64,000 nucleotides of DNA from Octopus sinensis (lineage: Eukaryota), in contig NC_043019.1 in NCBI RefSeq assembly GCF_006345805.1, positions 14,259,360 to 14,323,359 of the forward strand. The letters run 5' to 3'. The position numbers were made by a program, and so were the translations under genes. A model generated the notes under the pieces. That model was given only the letters and a program-made list of their open reading frames with translations, did not search any database and had not been told where the DNA came from. Of this stretch, positions 13,146 through 24,639 are shown piece after piece. The first letter of the stretch is position 1, and each line of letters begins with the position of its first letter.

Positions 13146-14045
13146 CACACACATACACACACCCATACATACATACATACACACACGCATCCTTTTACAT
13201 ACATTCTGATACAAACACCTACACACACACACACGTATACGTGCACACTCGTTGTGATAAGTATAAACAACAGATCCTCTCTCAACATCTTGTCCTAAAA
13301 AAAATTCCCATTCTTACATCATCACTCCTCCCTCTCTCTCTCTCTTTCTCTTTCCCTCTCGCACTCTCTGTCTCTCTCTTTCTGTCTATCTGTCTGTCTC
13401 CCTTTCTCTCTCTTTTTCTCTCTCTCTCTCTCTGACACTATTTCTGTCGCTGAACTAGAACCGATGGGGACGGTGGGGGGGGGGTACTTGTAGTAAAAGT
13501 TGGCTGCTGTCATAATAGCTGCGTTAAACGAATGTGTGTGTGGTGGTATTTAATGGTGATGTTGGAGGGGGTGGAAGCGGTGGTGACGTTGGTGTACTTC
13601 AAGCTCCTCTACAGTTTTTTTTGTTTTTCTTTTTTTTTTTCCAACAATATATTAAGGCCGATACGCGTACACACATAACGCTCACACACATTCTTATAAC
13701 ACGTTTACACACACACACACACACGCACTGACACGCGTACATAAACACACTCCGACACGCACGCATTGACACCTACACACATAAACACTCTTGCACACAC
13801 CAGCACACACACAAACACACGCATACACTTACACAACGCTAAAAACACGTGTTAAGAAATCAGCGAAGTGTTTCCCAGTGTGACTACATGGAGTTCCATT
13901 TCTTCAAATTAAGAACAACCGATTCCATGACAACTTCATACGCTTTTCCCCCCAAACTGTTTGTAAACAACTGTTGATGTTTAATCTTATATTTCTCTCT
14001 ATATATATGTTCGTGTGACATAATATAGATTTTGTCTACCACAAG
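13134..14045 (+). ncRNA. Candidate non-coding exon ending at a strong splice donor
   Basis: AAG|GTATGT at 14045/14046; CA/CT-rich UTR-like sequence with no long credible ORF. Confidence 0.35.
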
Positions 14046-14115
14046 GTATGTAGTAACTTCTTCGATGGCTGAAAACCTTTTTCGATTTTATTGATATACA
14101 TAAAAATATATATAA

Positions 14116-14260
14116 TATTAGGTTGTCCCAAAAGTTCGTAAACACTTGCGAAAATTGAATTTTTACTCGCCAAGTACTAACAAAAACAACAAAAATAATT
14201 CCTCAAAATAAAGACCATTATTTTCCAAGACTTTCTACGAACTTTTGAGACAACCTTATA
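14116..14260. mobile_element. Tc1/mariner-type MITE
   Basis: TIRs TATTAGGTTGTCCCAAAAGTTCGTA / TACGAACTTTTGAGACAACCTTATA with TA flanks. Confidence 0.75.
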
Positions 14261-15429
14261 ATATATGATAATATATATACCACTATAATATATGATAATG
14301 ATATGCCACTATAATAATATATGATAATGATATGCCACTATCTTTAGATTATTATTGCCTTCGTTTTATATTTTCTTCTCTCTATAAATACATATATGTT
14401 GATAGTAGTTATTTTAGATGTGTTTATTTCGTCCCATATTCTCTGTAGTGTCTGTTTTCTGCTCTGCTCCACAGAATTTTTTTTTTAAAGTGTTTTAATA
14501 GTAGTGAGAGACTTAACTCAGTGTTGTATCTAATGAAGAGAAGAATAACTTTTTTTTTAATGCATTAAAATCGTATTCGTTGTCTTGTACGAGCAACCAG
14601 TTAGAGAATGTTATGTATAAAATCTATTTCTCTCGAATTTATGTCCTTTATATATTTTTACCCCGTTTTCTTTCGACTGTGGATAAAAATAATTGGTAAA
14701 TGTGGAGAATCGCGGCGTAAATTTATCTTAAAGGAAAAAAACTGTAAGAAGTGTATAAAAATATCGTGGCATATTTGAAATAACGAAACGAAAAAAATTA
14801 CTTTTTTTTTTGTTTTTGAAGGAGAAAAACTTTCATGTTAAAAGCATATAACGAAGAGGTTGGGAAATCATTTAGCTGAACTTATAATTATTTAATTAGA
14901 AACGACATTTAAAAAACAACAACATTTAGATGTAATAATAATAATGATCAGCAATATTTTCATTTTAAAAACGTGTATATTACGAGAAAAAATACATTAA
15001 GGAGTTTAGAAGTACTTAATTAGCAACAGCATTAAAAACTCATATTAATTATAAGATGCAATGATGTGTGAGAGTCAGCAGAAATTTCCAAAAGATCCAA
15101 TTAGTAAACAGTATTTTTGTTTTCGTTTCAATATTTCAAGTAAACCTTAGTGTTTTTTATATATTCTCTCTCTGTCTCTCGCTCACTTTCTCTTTCTTTC
15201 TTTCACTATCTTTATTTCATTCCCTCTTTTTTTCATTCTTCTCTCTTTTTCTCTCTGTTCTCGCCTTTTCTCTTTCTTCTCTCCTCTCTCTCTCCTTCTT
15301 CTTTCTCTCTCTCCTCTCTCTCCCCTTCTTTCTCTCTCTCTCTCCAATTACGCCGCAATTCTTGCGTTTTACGCCTGTAATAAACTTACAAACTTTCCAA
15401 AGAAATAGTCAAACAAAAACTTAGTTGCA

Positions 15430-15995
15430 TGGTTCCAGCTGAAGTCGAAGTCGTATATGACCAAGTTTGTCTTCACGTATGAACACTTGTCGTTCAATGC
15501 TGTTTGGTAATCTAATACACGTTTACAAAATACCAACTGCATCAACGATTCTGTTAAACTCTTTCAATGGCCAATTGAACATTCCTCAACACTGAACAGA
15601 CTATATTAGATAACTATTATATTATTTTGTGCGTACAATTAGATGTACGACTCCTATTATATGAGTTAGAGAGCTTCACGTAGATTATCATTATCCAGTC
15701 GGCTTCCAGCACAGTGGTTAGTCTAATGTTATACTTAGCAGTGTTACTAGTTTATGAACATATACAGAGCATATGGAACGGTATAACACCGGTATAAGTA
15801 TTTAGTGCCTACGTACGTTCTACCATTGCCGTTAATTGGAAATCCGCATTTGGTGTTCCAAGTGCATTTGGATGCCAAAGTGCAATGGATCATAAGGGGA
15901 TCACTTTATCCAAATAAACTAGGAACATTCAGTGCTGAGCTCCGATTAACTACAATGATGAAACGTACGTAGGAACTAGTTATGTATACTAGTGT
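15430..15995 (+). ncRNA. Putative structured RNA domain (55-nt arm hairpin plus pseudoknot)
   Basis: 15786-15840/15941-15995 (47 of 55 paired); 15734-15755/15914-15939 crossing it; 15490-15509/15531-15548; 15438-15448/15699-15710. Confidence 0.55.
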
Positions 15996-16177
15996 GTCTC
16001 AGTTTCCACTAATTATTATAACTATGATTCGAGGCCTGAAATCTTTGTGGGGAAGGGGACTAGTTGATTACATCGACCCCAGTACTCTACTGGTACTTAT
16101 TTTATCGACCCTGAAAGGATGGAAGGCAAAGTCGACCTCGGCAGAATTGGAATTCTGAACATGAAAGTGGACTAAAT

Positions 16178-16812
16178 AGGAGTGGTAAGTAGCTGGCTTA
16201 CCAACCACATGGTTCCAATTTCAGTCCCACTGCGTGGCACCTTGGGTAAAGTGTCCTCTACTATAACCTCGAGCCAACCAAAGCCTTCTGAGTGGATTTG
16301 GTAGACGGAAATTGAAAGAAGCCCGTCGTATATCATCATCATCATCGTTTAACGACTGTTTTCCATGCTAGCATGGGTTGGACGGTTCGACTGGGGATCT
16401 GGGAAGCCAGAAGGCTGCACCAGGCTCCAGTCTGATCTGGCAGTGTTTCTACAGCTGGATGCCCTTCCTAACGCCAACCACTCCATGAGTGTAGTGGGTG
16501 CTTTTTACGTGCCACCTGCACAGGGACCAGAGGAGGCTGGCAAACGGCCATGATCGGTTAATATATATATATACATATATATATGTATGTGTGTGTATAT
16601 GTTTGTGTGTCTGTGTTTGTCCCCCCTACCCCAACATTGCTTGACAACCGATGCTGGTGTGTTTATGTCCCCATAACTTAGTGGTTTGGCAAAAGAGACC
16701 GATAGAATAAGTACTAGGCATACAAAGAATAAGTCTTGGGGTCAATTTGCTCGACTAAAAGCGGTGCTCCAGCATGGCCGCTCTCAAATGACTGAAACAA
16801 GTAAAAGAGTAT
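16178..16812 (+). mobile_element. SINE family B with a nested family D copy (16333-16560, minus)
   Basis: Family D inserted in the internal TA tract of family B. Confidence 0.8.
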
Positions 16813-16869
16813 ACTCTCACCTGACCCATACAAGTAATCATGGACAACTAGACTTTAAAGTGACAATGA

Positions 16870-17130
16870 TCTATGACCCTGTGACCTGGTGGTGTGCCTC
16901 AGGGTTTGTGCCAATTGGCCTTGCAATTCTAGACTGAGCTGCATATTTGATGATCAAGACCAACAATTCCATGTGGGTAATCTCCCCTTTGATACTCTTC
17001 TTAGCAGAGATGATCGTTAATATTGCATCAGTCTGAGTTGTTAATTAATTAAATAAGTAACAACAGGCATGTTTGTGACAAAATAGGGACATCAGCTAAT
17101 TAGTTCAAATATTGATCATATAAATATGTC
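16870..17130 (+). ncRNA. Putative pseudoknotted RNA domain
   Basis: 16923-16937/17028-17041 crosses 16942-16957/17112-17128 (16 bp, one bulge). Confidence 0.5.
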
Positions 17131-17209
17131 TGATGATGCCAGTGTACCGAGGGACATAAATGAGCCATTACACCATCTGTTTACTCCAATCTAATACAAT
17201 TTACATACC

Positions 17210-17576
17210 TCTATATATATAAACGGCAAAATGTCTGTCTGTGTGTGTGTCCTTTATACAAATCCACAATTTTTCAGTTAGAGGGCTCTCACTTTCTATG
17301 GTCATTCAAAACCGTCCAAGGGTGGCCGTGCACATCTTTACATTTCCCCAGTCACCCCGCAAAGCCATTAAAAAATCAATAGAGGTGACTTTTTTGTGAA
17401 TTTTCAATCCAAAACCCAATCAAAATGCCCGAAACTTGATACACCAATTGAATGCCAGCTAGCTGTATGTGATTGGTCGGAGATTTGGACAGTACTCGCG
17501 TGTATGTGCACACGCACACAGCTGTATATGCATGCACTAGTACTATGACCCGGCGTTGCCGGGTCATAGTGCTAGT
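17210..17576 (+). mobile_element. Non-autonomous Helitron-like element
   Basis: 5' TCTATATATATAAA; 3' hairpin ACTATGACCCGGC-GTT-GCCGGGTCATAGT followed by CTAG|T. Confidence 0.75.
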
Positions 17577-17619
17577 TTATACATGAGGGGTTAGGGTTTA
17601 AAGTTAGGCTTTAGAGTTT

Positions 17620-17990
17620 TGTGTCCAGGTTTATGACTAGGAGTTAAACAAGATAGTCATGATTGGGAAACTGGACTTGAACTGAAATTTCTTTATACAT
17701 AGGCCCAAGTAATATTTTTAGTGCTTGTGCAAAAAAATTAAAATAACCTCACTGAGTGATGTTATCTCGGGACAGTTACCAATGTAAATTGCGGCTATTT
17801 TAATTAAATACTGTCTCGATTGCACATACTGGATTTTTATTCAGCTGAGCAACTATTTGCAACATCAGTGAATGCTTTATTCAATTTTCTCCCCTATGTC
17901 AGTGGTGATGAATTCTCATCCATGCATGTGATTAACTGTGAGTGTGCACCACTGAAGGTCAAAATGCATCTGGCCTTTTTGCTGGCCACT
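17620..17990 (+). ncRNA. Putative pseudoknotted RNA domain
   Basis: 17736-17745/17796-17805 crosses 17767-17776/17810-17819; also 17899-17907/17947-17955 and 17631-17639/17654-17662. Confidence 0.55.
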
Positions 17991-18026
17991 GCTGGGACAA
18001 ATAATTGTCTCCTTCTGATATGTGTG

Positions 18027-18060
<34 letters not shown>

Positions 18061-18065
<5 letters not shown>

Positions 18066-18405
18066 TTAATTGATAGTAGGAGATGGATTTCATATTAGAT
18101 TTTTATTAGGTACGTCATAATGTTTCGACCCCTCAGTGAGATTTCTTTAATCAATGTACCTGAAGAGACCCAGGCTGATGGGTCAAAACATATGTTGTAC
18201 CTAATAAAAGTCTAATACGAAATCCGTCTCCTACTATTAATTAATACTATTGTCCTAACTGCCATTGTGAAGTTCCTGAATGAAATCCAACGGAAGTCTA
18301 CCACAACTACGGATAACAACAGGTAGCCTAAACTGTGCCAGTGCTCTACTCGACATTTAAACACACTAACCTAATTATACGTATTTGTCTAAATTTTATA
18401 TTATT
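18061..18405 (+). mobile_element. Penelope-like palindromic element with a decayed hammerhead core
   Basis: Inverted arms about 18061-18131/18180-18249. GTAC-CTGAAGA-GACCC..GGGTC-AAAAC-ATAT-GTT-GTAC; the opposite arm keeps GAAAC. Flanked by (TA)n. Confidence 0.6.
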
Positions 18406-18830
18406 ATATAAATACAAATACATACATACATGTATATATATATAGATATATAAAAACGTACATGTATATATATAGATATATACATACATGTATATATATA
18501 TATATATATAGTTATATAAATACATATATATATGTGTGTGTATATATGTATATAGATAGATAGATAGATATATAAATACATATGTATGTATAGATAGATA
18601 TATAAATACATATATGTATAGATAGATAGATAGATAGATAGATAAATACATACATATATATATATATATATATACACTCTCAGAGTGGTTGGTGTTAGGA
18701 AGGGCATCAAGCTGTAGAAACTCTGCCAAATCAAGATTGGAGACTGGTGCAATCATCTGGTTCGCCAGCCCTCAGTCAAAATCGTCCAACCCATGCTAGC
18801 ATGGAAAGCAGACGTTAAACGATGAAGATG

Positions 18831-18861
<31 letters not shown>

Positions 18862-19207
18862 TTCATTGGATAGATAGAGAGCTAGACAGACAGACAGACA
18901 GGTATGTACACAAATATGAAAGCTGAGTCAACAGAGAGGAGTTATAACCTGTTGAAAACCCCTGAAGGTTTAAATGCGGAAGGGGTACCCAGGAGTCATG
19001 ACCTGGATGTGGCCCAACCCCAACCCCCCCTCCCCGCTAGAGTGCAAGAAGTCAAACGCTGAAACACTTGCCCGAGCAGCGGTGTTCCTTCTCAGCAGAC
19101 CCTTCTGCTGTTCCGCTCCCCCCAGAGTTTCTTCCCACCATTGTGCATCATTGTTTTCTCGATGTCGAAATAAAAGCCTCATACAATATGCACTGTTTAT
19201 ACTGATC

Positions 19208-19531
19208 ACTCAGTGGTTAGAGCGTCGAGCTTACGATCGTGAGGTTGTGAGCTCGAATCCCGGACCGGGCTGCGTGTTGTGTTCTTGAGCAAGACACTTT
19301 ATTTCACGTTGCTCCAGTTCACTCAGCTGTAGAAATGAGTTGCGACGTCACAGGTGCCAAGCTGTATCGACCTTTGTCTTTCCCTTGGATAACACTGGTG
19401 GCGTGGAGAGGGGAGGCCAGTATGCATGGGCGACTACTGGTCTTCCATAAAACAACCTTGCCCAGACTTGTGCCTCAGAGGGTAACTCTCTAGGTGCAAA
19501 CCCATGGTCACTCATGACCGAAGGGGGTCTT
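19208..19531 (+). mobile_element. SINE family A monomer
   Basis: CTCAGTGGTTAGAGCG ... GACCGAAGGGGGTC. Confidence 0.85.
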
Positions 19532-19814
19532 TACCTTTATACTGATCACTTATAGCCACATTGATTTATTGACCGACAGAGGACATAACTAAAGCCAATG
19601 CTACATGTTATCCTACCGTACGGTTTATTTATAATTCTCTGCAGTATTCCAATTTATTATTCTCTTCCGTCTTTGCCTAATTGTATGCTAATAGATTCTT
19701 TGGGAAACTTACGGGAGTGATGGATGCAGTGAGATGTCATCATTTGTTGATGATGGTGGATGTATTGTCACGTTTGTTTTACTTCCATGTGTTTTCATTT
19801 TACATATATATGGA

Positions 19815-20203
19815 TGGATGGAAGCACTCCGTCGGTTACGACGACGAGGGTTCCGGTTGATCCGAATCAACGGAACAGCCTGCTCGTGAAATTAACGTGT
19901 AAGTGGCTGAGCACTCCACAGACACGTGTACCCTTAACGTAGTTCTCGGGGATATTCAGCGTGACACAGAGAGTGACAAGGCCGGCCCTTTGAAATACAG
20001 GTACAACAGAAACAGGAAGTAAGAGTGAGAGAAAGTTGTGGTGAAAGAGTACAGCAGGGATCACCACCATCCCCTGCCGGAGCCTCGTGGAGCTTTAGGT
20101 GTTTTCGCTCAATAAACACTCACAACGCCCGGTCTGGGAATCGAAACCGCGATCCTATGACCGCGAGTCCGCTGCCCTAACCACTGGGCCATTGCGCCTC
20201 CAC
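19815..20203 (-). mobile_element. tRNA-derived SINE (GTGGAGGCGCAATGGCCCAGTGG head)
   Basis: A/B boxes on minus; related copies near 2940-3316, 32480-32774 and 43499-43780. Confidence 0.75.
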
Positions 20204-20206
20204 TAC

Positions 20207-20237
<31 letters not shown>

Positions 20238-20324
20238 AGTAAGCATAGCTTCAAAGTTATAGTAAAACCTGTAACTAGCTACATAACCATTTCCTTAAGT
20301 ATATCATTGTATTGAATCCTTCAC

Positions 20325-20680
20325 ATCATCATCATCATCATCGTTTAACGTCCGTTTTCTGTGCTGGCACGGGTTGGACGGTTCGACCGGGGTCTGGGAA
20401 GCCAGGTGCTGCACCAGGCTCCAGTCTGATCTGGCAGTGTTCCTACAGCTGGATGCCCTTCCTAACGCCAACCACTCCGCAAGTGTAGTGGGTGCTTTTT
20501 ACGTGCCACCGACACAGGTACCAGGGGAATCTGGCAGTGGCCACAATCGGTTGGTGCTTTTAACGTGCCACCGGCACGGAAGCCAGTCAAGGCGGTAGTG
20601 GAATCGGTTATGTTCAGATGGTGCTTTTTATGTGCCACCGGCACAGAAGCCAGTCGAGGCAGCACTGGCATCGGCAAGAT
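20325..20680 (-). mobile_element. SINE family D
   Basis: Same core and (GAT)n tail as 9397-9843. Confidence 0.75.
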
Positions 20681-21022
20681 CATCGTCAATTCTCTTCTTT
20701 CATCTTCTGTTAACAGCATTACCCTGTAGTCTTTATATATATATATATATATATGTGAAGGCGCGTGGCTTAGTGGTTAGGGTGTCAGCACCATGATCGT
20801 AGGATTGTGGTTTCGATTCCTGGACCGGGCATTGCATTGTGTTCTTGAGCAAAACACTTCATTTTCACATTGCTCCAGTCCACTCAGCTGGCAAAATGAG
20901 TAACGCTGCGATGGACCGGCGTCCCGTCAAGCTGGGGAACACATATGCCATAGAAACTGGGCCCATGAGCCTGACTAGGCTTTAAAAGAGCGCATTTATT
21001 TTTATTATATATATATATATAT

Positions 21023-21272
21023 TGATAAAAATGGTAAGACAACAAAAGAATGAAAGAGACCTCGATATTATGTAAATAGAGGAATTTTTCTGTAAATGTA
21101 ATATGTGACAATTATTCGGTAGCCATGATAAAACTCCGAGTTTCGGATGCTGGGGTGGAAATTCACACCGCCATATAACTGAAGATATGGCGGCGTGGAT
21201 TTGCACCCCGGCACCCGAAACTCGGAGTTTTATCATGGCTACCGAATAATTGTTACATATTACATTTACAGA
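21023..21272. mobile_element. Palindromic (TA)n-flanked element with hammerhead-like motifs
   Basis: About 90-bp inverted arms 21089-21272; CTGAAGA at 21179 and GAAAC-TCGGA-GTT at 21217; stem II not clean. Confidence 0.5.
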
Positions 21273-22756
21273 TATATATATATATATCCATATATATATA
21301 TGAGAAAGAGAGAGAGAATAACAGGAAGAAATTTCTGGTATTTCATTTATTTCATATCCACGTCTTTAAGAAGGGAATATGGTGGAATTTGAACTCAGAA
21401 CATAAAAGACGGATGAAATGCCACTAAGCATTTTGCCAGACAGGCTAATGACCAAAGCAAGAGATAAATGCGAGAAAATAACTGTCATTATTAAGCTGAA
21501 GTTTTGAACATAAATCAAAGAGAAATTTTGATGGGAGCTTTTAAATTAGACTTCTTTGACCGACCCCTTTTTTTTTTTGTTGAAATGCATTGTTTTGGTT
21601 TCAAATAATTTTGAAAATATTAAAGAATTATTTTTTTCTTTTAAATAACTTAATCATTCTGGAGTTGGTGCTTGGAACATAAATCATGAAATTTTGATGG
21701 AAGGTTTTTTAAAATTTAATAAAGAAAGCAGAAAAGGAACTGAGAGAAGAATACGGTATATGAGGAATCGGAAGACTTTTCTTGTAATTAATTTTTGAAA
21801 ATAACGAAGAATTTCATAAAATAACTTTGTCATTATTAAGTGGAAGTTTGGAACATAAATCAATGAAATTTTACAATATGGAAATCGCTTTAAAACAGGA
21901 AGCTTTGTATCAGAGGAATCAGGATTGGTCTCAGGTAGCTTTGGTGTGAAAAGGGTTCAGGCTTTGTGTTTGGCATTGCTGTCTTGGCAAACTCTGCAGA
22001 TGATTGCCTCCCGCAGATATAATGGCTTCGTCTTTACTCACACACACACACACATGTGTGTGTGCATGCATGCTAGACTTCTCTAAATTTCATATACTCT
22101 TTTACTTGTTTCAGTCATTTGACTGCGGCCATGCTGGAGCACCGCCTTTTAGTCAAGCAAATCGACCCCAGGACTTATTCTTTGTAAGCCTATTCTATTG
22201 GTCTCTTTTGCCAAACCGCTAAGTTACGGGGATGTAAACACACCAGCATCAGTTGCCAAGCGATGTTGGGGAGGGGTGGTGCAGACAGACGCACACACAC
22301 ACACACACACATACATACACACATATATATATTTTGAATAGGATTTGATTGGTAGAGGATAGTCACATGATTGGTCTTAGAAATTTTTGTAGGTTGCCCA
22401 CCACGTCCATGTGTTACTATCAAGTGACAATGTTCTTTGGCTTCAATGGAATATTTTACACTACCTTGTTTTTTTTTCCACCTTGTTTTGTACCTGTATG
22501 TTTACTTTTGTGTGTGTGATCATCAGCATTATTTAATGTCCCTCTTCCATGTTGACATAGGTTGGACAGTTTGACAGGAGCTGGCAAGCTAGAGAGTTGC
22601 ACCAAACTCTATTTGTTTTGGCGTTGTTTCTATGGCTGGATGCCTTTCCATACACCAACCACATTACAGAGTGTACTGGGTGAAAAAGCACCCTATACAC
22701 TCTGTAATGTGGTTGGCACAAACACCAGCAGGGTTGCAAATTAACATATATATATA

Positions 22757-22798
<42 letters not shown>

Positions 22799-22800
<2 letters not shown>

Positions 22801-23195
22801 TAGCTGTATCGCCTGGCGTTGCTCGGCTTGTTTCGACCCTTGACCCTTTAGAATTGGATTTTTGAAAAGTAAAAATTTTGCATCATGTAACTTGTTATTC
22901 TCTTTAAGTGAACATTTTTCTGGTTGAAATACATCGAAAAATGGCGACACAGCAGTAAAAGAATCATTAAAAAATAGGGATTTTCATAGAAAAAAAAGCA
23001 CCTTTTTGATGTAAAAAGTTTTTGGTCTTAACATGGTCCGATTTGAATTTTTTCTTCTACGGAATGAAGAGCAAGCCTTCTTCTATCATACTCTCAATTT
23101 TGGTTAACTTGCGCCACAGGGTCTCGGAGGAGATAGTGTTAGTTGAAGGCTACCAAACCTGCCATACACAGAAAACTTCAGCTTTATATATAAAG
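22799..23195 (-). mobile_element. Helitron-like element inserted in (TA)n
   Basis: Minus strand ends in hairpin CCGAGCAACGCCAGG then CTAGT; near-identical copies at 39931-40320 and 55817-56200. Confidence 0.75.
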
Positions 23196-23243
23196 ATATA
23201 TATACACACACACACACACACATATATATACATACATAAATAC

Positions 23244-23574
23244 CTTTTTGGTCATGAATGATCATACGATTGCACCTAGAAAGATACCCTCCGAGGCACA
23301 AGTCTGGGTAAGGTTGTTTATGGAAGACCAGCAGTCACCCCTGCATACCAGCCTCCCCTCTCCATGCCACTGATGTTATCCAGGGGAAAGGCAAAGGGGC
23401 CGATACAGGCTTGGCACCAGTGACTTCACAACTCGTTTCTACAACTGAGTGAACTGGAGCAACACGAAATAAAGTGTCTTGCTCAAGAACACAGCACAGT
23501 CTGATCCAGGAATTGAACTCAATACTACATGATTGTGAGCTTGATGGTTTAACCACTGAGCCATGCACCTTCAC
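23244..23574 (-). mobile_element. SINE family A monomer
   Basis: Homology to the other copies. Confidence 0.8.
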
Positions 23575-23953
23575 TTATACACACATACATACAGGGCTTC
23601 CAAACAATTTCCATGTCCCAAATTCACACTCATAAGGCTTTGGTCTATCCGGGGGAGGGGGCTATAGTAGAAGACATTTACCCAAAGTGCTGTTCAGTTG
23701 GATTGAACATGGAACCATATGGTTGCAAAGACAGCTTCTTAACCACACAACCATGACTGCGCCTGTCAGTATGAAAATATGAGAGAACTGAAAGAAGGAG
23801 AAGAAATCTGTCCTGTTTTGTTGTTATTAGTTCAGAGTCAACAGATAAACCTAATTTAATGTGAAATGTCGATTTAACAAATACAGCTTTTTTCTTCATT
23901 TTTTTTCTTTTATTTTTGACTGAAATTCTTTTATTTTTGACTGAAAGTTTCAG

Positions 23954-24594
23954 AACACCAACTTAACTATATTCTTGCCAGGAATTTATTGGCCAGTTTC
24001 ATTCCCTGCTGCAGATAAAACAAAATCATCAGAATCAATATTTCGACCATTTATTTTGTTCGTCTTATTTTATCTTCTGTTCATTTCGTTATTTGTTTCC
24101 GTTTCTTTCTTTCTCCCAAGGAGGGAAATGTCCAACATTGGTTTAAAAGAAGAAAAAAAAATTACTCTTGATGTCGGGATTTTTACCTTTTTTTATCCCC
24201 TCTGACGAGAAACTAACAATGATTTTTTGTTTCCTTTCCGATTTTTTTTTTTTTCGTTTGTTTAATTGTTTGGTAACGACTAGGAACGAATGTCCGTTAC
24301 ACGTCTTTTTTGCTTTGAGAGGTTAACCACTACTGTTTTATGATAACCCTTCCATTTATGACCTTCTCCGCAGATACCGTATCTCTTGGCAAGGTTACAA
24401 AACCCTCGAAGAAGCTACTCTCGAGCCTTCAAGGTATTACTCATTCAAACCCTGTTATTTTAATCCTCCTGACTGTAGCCTGCCTTGGTTTGGTTCATGA
24501 ACTTACTCTCTGTGACATGAGTTTGATGTTGTTGTTCTCGTGGTGGTTGTTATATCTATCTATATAAAAATATATATTTACATGTATGTATATA

Positions 24595-24639
<45 letters not shown>

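Noticed and set aside
17587-17620. Degenerate TTAGGG-like repeats
   Set aside because: Only one exact unit; no telomeric array or convincing telomerase template context
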